Notes: generated from the letters alone by a model not told the origin. A stretch of DNA of 63,574 nucleotides, filler included, from 12 parts of 12 records of this genome joined end to end with filler, not necessarily neighbours in it; one strand, 5' to 3'. Positions 10,919 through 22,969 are shown, counted from the first letter of the whole stretch. Numbers and translations: made by a program.

Positions 10919-12505
10919 ATGGAGAGCGATAAGTATTCGATCGTGGTGAGCGAGGTCCAGAACGGGGCCTGCACCGTGCTCTGGGGCTTCCCGCCGGTGC
11001 GCTGGCCGCCCGGCGGCCCCGAGCCAGGCCGGCAGGGCGGGGCCAAGGATGCCAACGCGTACGTTGAGCTTGTGGCCGAGTCGGCCTACGACCAGCTGGT
11101 TCTGCCCTCGGAGGCCCCGGGTGCCCAAGCCGGAGCCGCCGGGCTAAGCTAGGCCGGGCAGCCCATAGGTGCTGCTGGCATAGGAGGATCATGCAGGCGC
11201 CCGCCCCCCGCCGGCCGGCCGCTGAGACCGGGCCGGCAGAATAGCACGCACGGAGCCATCTACATCGCGCCGGGCACCGCCGGGGTCTCGGACGGTCTGG
11301 AGGCTTGGCCGGGCCGCCGGGGAGCCGCGGGAGCAGGTTCTTACGTGTTTGTGCTCCGTAGCTCGAATGAGGCGTACGCTTGCTCCGGGCGTGTCTTATT
11401 CGTCGAGAACTTAGCCTGGCCGTATTGCGGAGGTCAGCCGAACGTCCCGCGCACCTCGGTCTACACCAGACCGACCGGCCGGCGTCGGCCGCCCAGAGGG
11501 TTTCACGAAGAGCCCAAGTACCGAGAAAAAGGTTTTCAGATGGACTTTGAAGCCGAGGAGCCGCGAGCCACGCCTCACGCAGCAGAAGAAGAGCCCAGGC
11601 CCGCCCCGGGCCGGCCACCGGGCAAGCGCAAGGCTCTAGAGCTGTGCGCGGTGCAGCCGCCCCCCTCGATGGAGGGCCCGCGCGGCGGCAAGCTGCGCAA
11701 GGGATATGCGTTTGCTTTCCATCCGGTGCCCGAGCTCGAGCGGCCGCAGCAGATCCTGGACGGAAAGCGAAAGCGCGAGCCAGTCCGACACTACTCGCCC
11801 CCAGCCCCTTCGGACGGCAAGCCAATCCGAGGTAGTAGGGAGGCTGATGGTCCGCGGCAACCCGGGGCAGGCCCGCGCAAGCAGCGGAAGAAAGCTGACT
11901 CCAAGCCGCGGCACTCGCTGCTGGCTAGGCGGGCCCGGGATCGGGGCGCTATCGAGCCGGGGGCAGGTTTGGCTCGCTGGCGGAGCACCCTCTGTTCACG
12001 ATGGCGCTGGTTGAGTGCTTCCACCAGCGCGAGTCTGAGGCCGCACCGACCTCGAGCGCCAACTGGGAGAACTGCGAAGGTGCCCACTGCGCGGCTGGCC
12101 TGACTGAGCTGACGGACAGACTGCGAGGACCTCTGGCACCGTGCGGAGGACCCTGGATGCCCGGTGCGATCTGCTAAGAGGTGGGCCAAGCACTGTGAGC
12201 GACTCCGGCAAGCCAGGCGGCGGCGTATCAACTCGCAGAACCGCCGGGCGGAGCCGAGCCCGGGGCTGGAGTCGGTGGCGGCCGTGCTCACCTCGATCAA
12301 CGAGCCTAAGATGCCGCCATCTGAGCTCGAGCGGCCGTCGGACCAGGGGTACATGCCAGCCAGGCCAGCACAGCTGCAGGCCCAGCCAGCCATGTTCCAA
12401 CGGCTTAGTGACGCCCTAAACGGGGCGCAGCGGCTGGTGAAGCAGCAGCCGGCCCAAACCCTCGGCGGGCCGGAATTCCCCTCGTGGCGAGATGTGCCGA
12501 TCTAA
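10919..12505 (+). CDS. Hypothetical protein with N-terminal beta-sandwich-like domain and basic disordered middle (6 introns)
   Basis: ORFs at 10892, 11345 and 12164 join via short introns, including frame-required GC-AG introns 11197-11239 and 11929-11966. Confidence 0.55.
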
Positions 12506-12778
12506 CAATGATCGCGTCGACGAGACACGAGGGCAGTTAGTTAGTTAGCTACCTAGCTTGCATCAGCCGCAGCTAACTGCGGCTGCAGATGCGGATGCTA
12601 GCAGTACTTGATCATAGTGACTATTAAAGCGTAAGCATTGCTTTAAGTACGTGTGAGTACTGGTCGTATACTGGTCGTACTACGTACGTACGTGTTAATT
12701 AATCCAACCCTGCTAAGTACTGCTACGGTACTGTACTGCTCATGATGGGATCACAACGGCCGATCTCGAGAAAAGAGC

Positions 12779-12856
12779 ATGGCCGACCTGGCGCGGCTGG
12801 ACGACAACATCCTCGGTGCGTGCGTCCGCCGGCTGCCGGTGCATCCGGGGACCTTC
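12779..12856 (+). CDS. First exon of a truncated gene (MADLARLDDNIL...)
   Basis: ATG at the AT-rich to GC-rich transition, preceded by CAACGG and followed by a GTGCGT donor; cut by linker. Confidence 0.35.
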
Positions 12857-12956
12857 NNNNNNNNNNNNNNNNNNNNNNNNNNNNNNNNNNNNNNNNNNNN
12901 TTAATTAATTAANNNNNNNNNNNNNNNNNNNNNNNNNNNNNNNNNNNNNNNNNNNN

Positions 12957-13408
12957 TGGCCGCTCACCGCGGTGGTGCTCTTCCTTGTGAACGCGGTCTT
13001 GATTGTGGGTGTTACGATCCTTGGCACCAAGCGGGCCGACCGCTCCCAGTGCGTCGCCTACCCGGTGTGCGAGCTTGCCCCGCGCCCGCCGACCGACCGG
13101 TACAGGCGCTCAACGCCCACGCGGTACAGTCGGCGGTGCTCGGAGCGGACCGACATATTAATGTTGCTGCCGGCTATCCTACCAACAGTGGGATCTGCGC
13201 ACATGGCTGCACTTTCGGAGTCAGCATTTTTGAATCACCTAGTGGGGCGCAGTGCTGTTATCCAACATACTCGGGTGGTGTTTTCGATACCGTCATTGAT
13301 GGAAGGCTCACAAATCGAGAATGGTGGATTTGGTGCAGTGGATGTAAAGGTATTTTGCCTGAGACAGATGCAAATGGTATACCTCCTTGTAAAGTGCTGC
13401 AAAAGTGA
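12957..13408 (+). CDS. 3' part of a membrane protein with Cys-rich C-terminal domain
   Basis: TM helix VVLFLVNAVLIVGVTIL; one 41-nt GT-AG intron joins it to ALNAHAV...PPCKVLQK*. Confidence 0.5.
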
Positions 13409-13709
13409 CAATATATACAAATATTGTGAGTGCCTATAAATAAATCAGGTACGGTATCGGCAATGGTCGTACAGGGGGTGCCGGGCCTGACATCCTGGTC
13501 AACCTGCCCGACAGCACGTGACAGCATCAAGGACGTCAAGGGCTACGGCAACACCGGAGATGGCGACGTCGCGACGATGAACATGTTACTAGTGCAGGTT
13601 GACACAAGTTGTGTGTCCGGTGCACCGCCGATGGGTGCCGGGTGCGCGGCTGGCCTGGCCCGGAGTGGTGCCGAGTCGTTATTTGAGTAACGGACATACC
13701 ACAGCTCAA

Positions 13710-16603
13710 ATGGCAGCGGCCGGGTCGTCGGAGATGGGCGAGCTGCAGCTGGGCCAGCGGGTGAGCGTGTACAAGAAGTGCCCGGGCACGGTGCGGTTCA
13801 TGGGCGAGATCGATGGGGAGTACGGGCTCTGGGTGGGAGTGGAGCTGGACAAGCCGCAGGGCAAGAACGACGGCAGCGTCAAGGGCCAGCAGATCTTCAG
13901 CTGCCAGCCGATGCACGGTGCCCGGCGGCCCGGCCCCTGCCAGTCCCGGCCAGGCGTGTTCACTCGGGCGCACCGGGTGTCGGCTTACGATCCGGCCGAC
14001 CAGGCGGCCACCACCATCCAAGCCGCGTACAAGTCCGGCCGGGACAACAGGCGGGCCGGCCAGAAGCAGCTGTTCAGCGCCAAGGAGGCGATCGAGGCCT
14101 CGGATGAGTCTCAGTATCTCAAGCAGAACAAGGAGCTGGCCGCGATCGACTCGCTGCTCACCCAGAACTACCGAACAGCCCGCCGGCCGCCCAGGGCCCA
14201 GACTGCGGACGGGTGGCACCGGCGGGTGGCCGCGATGCAGGTGGAGCCGCACTACCCTGGGCTCCACCTGCCGACCGAGATGACCGGCGAGGCGTGCGAG
14301 CAGCTCCGCGAGTACTTCCAGACAGGTCCGCCGGTGCCGCTGCACCAGAAGTACGCGCTGCAGCTGCTGTACGGGCTGCGTGACCTGGTGCGGAGCCAGG
14401 TGCCGAGCGCGGTGCACAGGCTGGAGGCGGTCCCGAGTGAGGGCGAGCCGAGCGAGCTCTGGGTGGCCGGGGACACGCACGGGCAGCTGAACGATGTGCT
14501 CTGGATATTCCACGAGCACGGCCCGCCCAGCGCCAGCCGCTGCTACTTGTTCAACGGGGACATCACCGACCGCGGGCCGCAGGCAGTGGAGATCTTGCTG
14601 CTGCTCGCGGCGTACAAGCTGGTGTGGCCCGAGTCGGTTTACATCAACCGTGGGAATCACGAGGACAAGGAGATGAACAACATGTTCGGGTTCGCGGGCG
14701 AGGTCCGGGGCAAGTACTCGGGGGCCACGCTCAACCTGTGCTATTCCATATTCAACTTGCTCCCGCTTTGCACCGTGCTGGCCGGCTCAGTGATGGTTGT
14801 GCACGGCGGACTGCCCCGCAAGCGGAACATCAGCCTGGCCCAGATCGACGCGGTCGACCACCGGCGGGCGGTGCCCTCGTCGCCGGACCAGCTGCAAGAC
14901 AGCATCTTCTTTGACTTGCTGTGGGCCGACCCGTCGCCCAGCCGCGGGATCACGCACAACAGCGAGCGCGGGGGCGGGACTGTCATGTTTGGGCCGGATG
15001 TGTCCAAGGGCTTCCTCGAGCGGAACAACCTGGAGCTAGTGATCCGGAGCCACGAGGTGCCGTCCACGATGGCCGGCTGGGAGGACCACCACGATAACCG
15101 GGTGATGACCGTGTTCAGCGCCTCGAACTACTGTGGCGACTACGGCAACTGGGGCGGGCTAGTGCAACTAATTAGGTCCAAGCAGACTGGCGCCATAGAG
15201 CCTCACGTGTATGAGCACTGGGCGCCCTCGCTCGACCAGATAGAGGCCGAGCAGTCCATGTTCAAGGGGGTGCACGAGCGCTGGCAGAGGACGCTGCTCC
15301 GTGCGAGCAGTTCGCGTGTTAGCCAGGAGGACGCGGGCAAGGCCGAGCTGCTCAAGAGCCTGGCCGAGCGGATCGTGCAGGCCAAGGACCAGCTCCAGTG
15401 GTACTTTGAGCGGCTGGACGAGCAGGCTACCGGGCTGGTCTCCGAGGCCGAGTGGCGGGACGCGATGGAGGCTGTGCTCGAGCTCGACATGCCCTGGCGG
15501 CAGTACAGCAGCTTCCTGGTTCGGGTCGAGCACGGGCAGGTCGACTACCACCGGTTCCTAAGACGGTACCGGGTGGTGTTCGAGGCGATCGAGGGCGCCT
15601 GCTGGGTGGAGCAGGCCCGGGCCACGCTCCGCGCTGTGATGGGCACCGCCAACCTTTCGATCAGCGAGACGGTGGCCTTGTTCGAGAAGGACGCCACCCC
15701 GCGGCACGTGGCGCAGGCGATATCCCAGTCCGCGCACGCCGACATCGGGCTCAGCCGGGCTCAGCTCGAGAAGGTAGTGGCCAACGCCGTCAAGATGACC
15801 GACCAGCCGGCCGATCAGACCACGCTCGAGCGCGGCAGCTCGGCCGCTGCCCTCCGGGCCGAGCGTTTCTCTCGCTCGCTCGGAAGCTCAGCTGCCGACC
15901 CGGACAAGCTCGCGCTGCTCTCGAGGGCGCTGCACAGGCAACTGCCGGCCGGCTGGCGGCTCAGCGGCGGGCAGCTTCCCGGGCTCGTCGGTGGCGCTGT
16001 TCAACAGCTTCGACACCGACGCCGATGGCTACGTGCAGGCAGCCGGGCGGGCGGGCCGGGGTGAGGCTGGACAGCTCGACGAGTTTGTGTCGGCGTTCGA
16101 AGCCGTTTTCAAGTACCAGCCGGCTGACCAGATGCTCTCCAAGCGAGAGCTGGCCGAGCTGGCGCAGCAGCTGGACACGGCCGGGAAAGGCCACATCGGG
16201 TACATTGAGTTCTGCAACGCACTGTTCGCCGAGCCCGGGCACGACCAGGCAGTCGAGAGGTGCCCCGGGGAGCTGGGCGGGCTGACCGGTCGGCAGCACT
16301 GTGGACGAGCTGATGCAGCAGCTGTACCAAGCGTTCTACCACCACAAGGTCGGGCTGAGGCGGGCGTTCCGGTTCTTTGACGTTGACAGCGACGGGCTGA
16401 TCACGCCTGCTGAGCTCAAGGCCGGAATCAACACACTCAACTCGCTGATCCAAGAGGCCGGCGGCTCGCCCTTCTCGAGCGCGCAGGTGGGCACGATAGC
16501 GGCGCACCTGGACCGGGACAGCGACGGGATGATCAACTACGAAGAGTTTCTGGACGGGTTCCGAGTGTCAATCTCCGAAGACGTAATCGAGTCCGATCAA
16601 TGA
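13710..16603 (+). CDS. PPEF: PPEF/RdgC-type Ser/Thr phosphatase with N-terminal CAP-Gly, IQ motif and C-terminal EF-hands
   Basis: CAP-Gly WVGVELDKPQGKNDGSV; IQAAYK; PPP motifs GDTHG, GDITDRG, RGNHE, HGG, LLWADP, RSHE, FSASNY; EF loops DTDADGYVQLDE, DVDSDGLITPAE, DRDSDGMINYEE after removing 36-37-nt introns. Confidence 0.9.
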
Positions 16604-16809
16604 CTATGACAAGGGTGATGTAGTTCCTATGACTACTCGTATATACAGTAGCGACGCATATGATTGCATGATAAATGTTGAATAGTAGAATACTATTGCG
16701 CGTATACTGCGCGTCAGTCCAGATCGTAAACGGGAGGCATACTGCGTATGCATGGGCGGTCAGAATTAGGTCAGAATACAGCTAGCTAGCACGTATTAAA
16801 CTGATTGAG

Positions 16810-16828
16810 TACGAGTACGTACGAGTAG
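16810..16828. promoter_or_regulatory. TACGAGTAC intergenic motif (candidate 3'-end or boundary element)
   Basis: Exact 9-mer, either strand, at 8 non-coding positions on 6 contigs, mostly between convergent genes. Confidence 0.45.
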
Positions 16829-16910
16829 ATGACTGTTTTAGTGAAGCTTTGAGGAGTGTCCTGAGCGGCAAGAGGTGCAGCTCTGTGGTAGGCTTAGCTC
16901 TTGTTTAGTG

Positions 16911-17486
16911 CTAGGTGTAGCCTGCCGGCAGCAGCTTGATGTTTGTTGAGAGCAGCCAGTAGGCCAGCCAGGCGAGCAGCAGCGCCACTGTCTTGCCCCG
17001 GTGCTCCGCCCAGCCCTTGCGCGGATCGTGCAGATAGACAAACGGGAACGGGCACGCGGCCGGCCGCTCGCTGACAAAGTCGGCCCGCCTTAGGCCGTTG
17101 GCGCGGGCTGTTAGGGCGGCTTGGTGCCAGGGCGAGATGTTAGGGTGGTCGGGCTCGGCCCATTTGCCGGACCGGCCGGGCTCGAAGCTCAGCCCTTTGA
17201 GCCCGGCCGGCCCTTGAGCCTCGTAAAACCAGGCGATCAGCCGCCCGTCGACGAACAGGTCCACGCACCGCACCAACCCGTGGTCCGGCCGCCAGCCGAG
17301 CTCTTCGCGCAGCTCGCGCAGGCAGCAGGCCTCCGGGTCCTCCTCGGGCTCCCGGCTGCCCCCAAAGCAGGTGAGCTGCCCGGCCGCGTGCTTCGCCTCC
17401 GGGCCGCGCTGCTCGAACAGCAGCTCGGACCCGCCCGGCCGCCGCAGGATGCAGCAGCAGTAGGGCGGCCACAGTGAGGCTTCCAT
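16911..17486 (-). CDS. NUDIX hydrolase with C-terminal hydrophobic anchor
   Basis: Nudix box FGGSREPEEDPEACCLRELREELG; tail VALLLAWLAYWLL. Confidence 0.85.
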   Translation of the reverse strand: MEASLWPPYCCCILRRPGGSELLFEQRGPEAKHAAGQLTCFGGSREPEEDPEACCLRELREELGWRPDHGLVRCVDLFVDGRLIAWFYEAQGPAGLKGLSFEPGRSGKWAEPDHPNISPWHQAALTARANGLRRADFVSERPAACPFPFVYLHDPRKGWAEHRGKTVALLLAWLAYWLLSTNIKLLPAGYT

Positions 17487-17524
17487 CCTGAAGCTTCCAA
17501 CGGATCCGCGGGCGATCTTTCACC

Positions 17525-18115
17525 ATGGCACTCAGCTTGCGGCAGGGCGGGGCGCTGGCGCGGCCGATGGGGGTGATGCTCCGACGGAACGCCACGAAGG
17601 CGGACATACACCAGATGCCGGGGGCGTACAGCCACCGCGACGAGCCCGGGGTCCCGTACACCGAGCAGGCCCGGAACAAGAAACGGCCAGTCTCGCCGCA
17701 CGTCACAATCTACGCATTCCCGACCAACGCCATGACCTCGATCATGACCCGGTTCACCGGGATCGGGCTCAGCGTGGGTGCGCGCCGCCTCGGCTTGTCG
17801 GCCGAGCCTGGGCAGGGATGCTCGGGATGGGAGGAGTGGCCTGCGCCGGGGGCGACGTGAGCATGATGATGAGCTCGATCGGGCAATCCGGGGTGGCGGT
17901 GCCGGCCAAGCTATGCGTGGCGTTCCCGCTGATCTATCACTACGTGGCCGGGATGCGCCACCTGGTGCGGCTGCCGGCCGGCGGCGGGGCTGAGCGCGGG
18001 GCAGTGGTGGGATAACAACATCCACACCTTGACCAACGAGGACACGCTGCGCACCAGCAACATCATCATCGGGTCCACCAGCCTGCTCTCGCTCGGGGTG
18101 GCCACCATGCTCTGA
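17525..18115 (+). CDS. SDH3: Succinate dehydrogenase cytochrome b560 subunit, nucleus-encoded (2 introns)
   Basis: RPVSPHVTIY, SIMTRFTG, YHYVAGMRHL/WWD; Arg-rich mitochondrial presequence. Confidence 0.92.
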
Positions 18116-18275
18116 GACGGCCACCATCCAGCCATGATCTGGCAAAGCGAGCGGCTTTGCAGAGCGCGAGGGCCAGCAACCCCTATGGTTTAGCAAAGCA
18201 CGGTGTAGCTAATTTAAATGCTCCATCTATCGTATACCAACGGCTGTTTTGGTTGATCCATTTAGTTGTATGTGA

Positions 18276-18923
18276 TTAGAACAGGAAGGGCACCAGCCGA
18301 TACCGTGAGGCCACAAACTCCTCGAACGCCGCGGCCCCAAAGTGCTGGCGCAGCAGTTGCTCCTCGGCCCCGATCCTGACCAGCCACAGCTGCACCGCGG
18401 CCGCCAGGCAGAGCCCGAGCGCTGGGCCGGGTCGCACACCTAGCCCAAGCAGCAGCCCGAGCCCGTACCCGAGCGCCCCGCTGTAACTTGGATGGACCAA
18501 AAGCCAGTACGGCCCGCTCTCTACCAGCTGCCCGGCCACCGGCGCGCTCAGCACGTAGGTGAACGACTGGCCGAGCGCCGCCTTGGCCCAGAGCCGGAGC
18601 AGCCAGCCGGTCAGGAACAGCCCGAGCCCGAGCCAGCGGAGTCCGGACGGCCGCCCGATCGGGCCCCAGCGGTTCCAGCCGGCGGTCGCGGGCAGCAGCA
18701 CCCCCACCGCCCAGAGGCTGATGCGGCCCGGCCAGGGCAGCCGCCAGATGGCATCAGCCGCCCGAAGCAGCCGGTTGTCCCGGATCTGCCGTCGGCTCAG
18801 CGGGGCAGCTTGCCAGGGCAGGACCTCGTGCTGCTCGGGGCTGCGCGGCGGGGTCATCAGGTCCCAGCCCATCATACACAGCGGCGCCAGCACAAACAGC
18901 CCCAGCTGCAGCCGCCCCCTCAT
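18276..18923 (-). CDS. Isoprenylcysteine carboxyl methyltransferase (ICMT/Ste14-family) membrane protein
   Basis: LRLWAKAALGQSFT, LVESGPYWLLVHPSYSG, RIGAEEQLLRQHFG, YRLVPFLF. Confidence 0.85.
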   Translation of the reverse strand: MRGRLQLGLFVLAPLCMMGWDLMTPPRSPEQHEVLPWQAAPLSRRQIRDNRLLRAADAIWRLPWPGRISLWAVGVLLPATAGWNRWGPIGRPSGLRWLGLGLFLTGWLLRLWAKAALGQSFTYVLSAPVAGQLVESGPYWLLVHPSYSGALGYGLGLLLGLGVRPGPALGLCLAAAVQLWLVRIGAEEQLLRQHFGAAAFEEFVASRYRLVPFLF

Positions 18924-19067
18924 CGGCGGCTTCTTCCCCGCGTCTCAATCCAACCCTGGCGGCTGGCGCTTCAGATCTCCAGAGGGCGGGCGGTTGGGGT
19001 TGTTGTGCGGTGCGGCGGAGCCAAGCAAGCTCGTGCGACCGCCTCGTGCGGCGGCCCCTTCGTTCCT

Positions 19068-19262
19068 ATGCCTGCCGTGACCCGCTCCAGCTCTGGTGCG
19101 TCGGCTGTGGGAGGCAGCGCCAGCCCGGTGCGGGCGATAGCGCGGGCGGCCCTGTGGCTGCTTTGGGGGCTGGCGCTGCGCGCGGGCGCCAGCAGCTGCC
19201 CGTGCTCGGGCGAGTCGGCGGTGTGCGAGGCCCTGCAGGTACCTGCCCCGCCCTGAGCGCGC
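19068..19262 (+). CDS. 5' end of a secreted protein (CPC...C motif reminiscent of GH18 di-N-acetylchitobiase)
   Basis: Signal-like ALWLLWGLALRAGAS followed by SCPCSGESAVCEAL; cut by linker. Confidence 0.4.
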
Positions 19263-19778
19263 NNNNNNNNNNNNNNNNNNNNNNNNNNNNNNNNNNNNNN
19301 NNNNNNTTAATTAATTAANNNNNNNNNNNNNNNNNNNNNNNNNNNNNNNNNNNNNNNNNNNNGGGGCGGTGGCATTCGAGTCCGGATAAAGCACGAGTCT
19401 TGAGGGGCTTGCGTGGGATGCAGGAGGCAAGACCTGCGGCCGGGACTTATCTGAGTACTATTTGAGTACTGTACGGTATGTGTAGAATCTAACAAGCGCG
19501 GAAAAAGCTTATAGAGTTTATCATGATCCCGAGATCTATCCGGGATCTATATATAATGTGAATGCAGCACATGAGGTAAGCATGAGGGGTGACGATCACG
19601 GAATGAGGTCCGGCTTTGCCGGACTCTGACTGCGGCTCACCAGGTCGGTGCCAATGGTGCTGCACCAGCCACTGTGAGCCCCACACAACATAGTCTAGCC
19701 ACCTCTCTATCGCTGCCCGGATCGACTGTTTCTCACTGTCCGCCTCGGCCGGCTGCCGATACGACCTGGCACAGTAGG

Positions 19779-21125
19779 CTACAGCTGGCTTGGCTCCGTG
19801 CATGACCTTGCCAGCTCCACGCCGCTCGGCCGTGCACCGCCCTCGTCATCCATAGAGTAGTTAGACGCGCGAGGCCGTGGCGGCTGGCTGTCGAACCCGG
19901 GACTCGACCCTCGGCTGGCCTGGCCGCACAGTCTGGCCTCGCAGCGTAACACGCACCGGCCGCTCGAGATCGTCTGTGTCGAACCCAACCGACGCTCGGG
20001 GCGACCCGCGTGCAGGCTCGACCAACGGCAGGCTCGGGTTGGGCGAAGGCAGTTGAGAGAGCACTCGGTCCTGCCAAGCCGGTCGGCGGGGGGATTGGAG
20101 TGATGAGGCCTGAGGGTGCGGGAGCTGGGTCGGAAGCTGGGACCGGTCCTGTGGCCCGCTTAGGAGGGGCTCGCTCATCGACCGCAGCGCGGTGGCGGGC
20201 TTCCCGATTTGGTTCTGCTCCTGGTCAGCCGGGCCCGGGGCTGGCTCACATTGGCGAGCAGGAAGTATAGAGGAGGGTTGGCGAAGTGGAGCAGCCAGGG
20301 CACGCTGCGCCGCCCTCCGGCCCGGCCTACGGCCAGCGCACATGCACAGCGCTAGGCAGTACGAGTATGAGAGCTGGTCGGCGAGGGTCGATTCCCACCC
20401 GCCCTTGGAATCGACGAACCTGCCCCCGGGCTGGCCTGGAGCGATCTGTGACCGCACCGGGCGAAGCCTGCCAGCGTGAACACCCAGACAAGGACGGAGA
20501 GACCCGCTAGGACCAGCAGCGGAATCCGGTGCTTGCTGACCGCCGGGCTCAGCACGCGCTACCTGGCAGGCACCTAGGGTGGTAATGTCGCATCAGCAAG
20601 ACCACATCGGTGACCAAGGCGGCGAGCACGCACAGCATAGACAGCGTGAGCAAGACCGTCACCTTCCCGACCTTCAACCGGCGGCGTGCGGCCTGCAAGA
20701 CCGCGGTGCCGACATCGTGCGCGTCCCCCTCCTGGTTGAAATAGACGATGGTCTGCCCTCCACCGAGTGGAGCGGCTGGGCTGGCAGCGGGCACCTTTTG
20801 GAAGGCGCTTTCCTCGACCAGTTGCGACAGGACGCTGGTGTTGCTGAGGTCTTTGATGTAGTTTGTGCTGCAGGTGCTGGAGAGCAGTCCGGCGGACAGC
20901 GAGCACCGGTCCCCGTACCGGGATCCCCCGATCGCCACGTGCCCGTACAGCCAGCCTGCCGGCCGGGCTGCGGGGATGCGACCGGCAGGAGGCACCGCGC
21001 ATGCCGAGGGCCACCGAGAGGAAGGCAAGCGAGATGATGTTGATGCTCACGGTGATAAAGTGCGCCCACTTGCGCTGCCACTTGAGCACGAACTTGGGCC
21101 CATTGCCGGCGCCGTCCTCCAGCAT
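19779..21125 (-). CDS. Four-TM claudin/PMP22-like membrane protein with disordered C-tail (about 7 introns)
   Basis: TM1 followed by GWLYG and a GLL..C loop, then three more hydrophobic helices; 35-42-nt GT-AG introns restore one frame to TAG at 19779. Confidence 0.6.
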
Positions 21126-21182
21126 CGGCGGGCTCCGAGTAATAACGGAATCTCCAACGGCAAGCCGGCAGGTTTTCGAATC
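21126..21182. promoter_or_regulatory. Compact bidirectional promoter with two YAACGG motifs (21143-21148, 21155-21160); similar spacers at 17487-17524, 56292-56334, 61956-61978
   Basis: Lies between divergent ATGs; the same hexamer recurs in the other ultra-short divergent spacers. Confidence 0.55.
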
Positions 21183-22969
21183 ATGCCGGAGACGAGTGTG
21201 GAGCTGAGCGAGAGCCTGCTCGACGAGCCGACCGATGGCTACAGCACGATGCCGCCCGACGAGCCGACCGACGGCTACAGCACGATGCCGCCCGACGAGC
21301 CGCCCGCGGCCGAACAGAGGACTGATCCGTGGATGTACGTTGCCGGGGCGTTCGCTCTATTGGCGGTCGGGCTCATGGTCGCCCTGCTGGTCTTGGCCAC
21401 CGACAAAGAGTCGAACCGCGGCAGCAGTGGAGCGCATCACGCCATGGCCTCCGATCTGCTCAGGCAGCCGCCAACACCAATCGTTCGGAACGCCGATCCC
21501 GCCGCAGCCTTCGACCCAGTAGAGAGGATCGTGCTGTCTGGCCCGGACGCCAAGTGCATCGATGGATCGAATTACAGCTTCTACGTTCAGGCGAGAGTCG
21601 CTTGCCAGCCAGGCCTAACCGCCAGGGTGCAGCGATCCAACCGCCAGCAGGCGAACTGGGTGCTTTTCCTACAGGGCGGGGGCTACTGCGGGACCAACGC
21701 CAGGTGTCCGCCCGCTTAGAATGCCCACACGACCGGCTCGTGGCAGCTGCAGCAAGACGTGCAGTTCGCGCTCGTCCTTGACCAGCTGCGGGCTGGCCCC
21801 CGACAGAATATGCGGGCTAGGCGGAGACTGCACCCGCGGACTGTGGGATGAGGATATAGCCACTGATAGCCAGGCGTTCCTCTCGGGCAGCAAAAGCCGA
21901 AATCCGCACATGCATGACTATCATCGAGCGTATTTGCCGTACTGTTCTCAGGATATGTGGGGAGGCCAGCGGCGGGATGATGAATGGGGCTGGGCGCGCT
22001 TCTCGGTGCGGCGGGCTGTTTATGATGAGTGTGTTGATTTGAGGTTGTGTGCAGGGCCACTTTATCCTCGATGCGACCATTAAGCACTTGAAGCAATCAC
22101 CTTATGATCTCAGCGATGCGAGCAAAGTGGTATTCGCAGGAGCTAGCGCTGGGGGCGTGGGAGTTATGAACCATGGAGACTGGTTCCAGGAGCAGTTGCC
22201 TGGAGCGAAAGTCATCCTCCTGCCGATCGCTGGGCTGGCAGGAGCTACAATGCCCGGAACCGACATGTACACCGGCCCAAACGCGAGCACACCTGTTCTA
22301 GAGCCGCTCAAGCCGGAGGTTCTCAAAAAGATGGAAGGTGCATGGCAGATGCATCGCCAGGAAGCATGCGACAGCAGTGCACCTGAAGCTGACCGATACA
22401 TGTGCGCCCGTCCGGGGTACAACTTGAAATACAACAAAGCACCGATGTTCATGCTTCAGGCCCAGAGTGACTGTGTGCAACTGATGTTCAACAGTGGTTT
22501 CCCCCGACCGACAACTGCAATCCCCCGGTCAGTGTACCGCAACTTCAGCTCGGCTGGTCCGGGTGGTGGTCGGCTGACGGGGCATGTGAATTCGCAAGCG
22601 TATGCAGAAGAACGGACCAGGATCCTCGAAGCTCAGAGGGAGCAATACGTGAACAACCCGGATACTGAAGCATTCTTGAATCGCGTAGCAGAGGGGCAGG
22701 CTAGTAGTCTCAAGAAGCTCCTCAAGCCAATTGATGGCCTGTTCAACCCTGCGTGCTTCGTCCATCAGAACTTCGGAGCGAGTCTGCCAATGATCATGAA
22801 GGGGGCGCGGAACACGAACTGGATGACCGCCTTTGGCGAGTGGCTCAATCAGAACACCACTAGTCCAAGTCAAGATCACTGGTACCAGGACGATTGCGGT
22901 TTGCTGTGCGGCCAATGCACGCTGTGCGTGGAGGCTATCGGCCATAGTTGGCAAATACTGGAATACTGA
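21183..22969 (+). CDS. Pectin acetylesterase/Notum-family esterase, type II membrane anchored (3 introns)
   Basis: AKCIDGS, WVLFLQGGGYC, YLPYCSQDMWGG, FAGASAGG nucleophile, FNPACFVH. Confidence 0.88.
21222..21302 (+). repeat. 36-nt coding tandem repeat (DEPTDGYSTMPP x2 plus a partial copy)
   Basis: Units 21222-21257 and 21258-21293 differ by one synonymous base. Confidence 0.95.

Noticed and set aside
13430-13690. Short ORF upstream of PPEF
   Set aside because: No domain, start or intron support; at most a degraded fragment.
13536-14660. Long antisense or overlapping ORFs (also 33214-34257, 44808-46082, 10641-11825)
   Set aside because: Shadow ORFs expected from high GC3; no domain motifs.
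20865-21182. N-terminal extension of the esterase ORF overlapping the claudin-like gene
   Set aside because: Starts at a non-ATG codon and is antisense to a good gene; ATG 21183 fits better.
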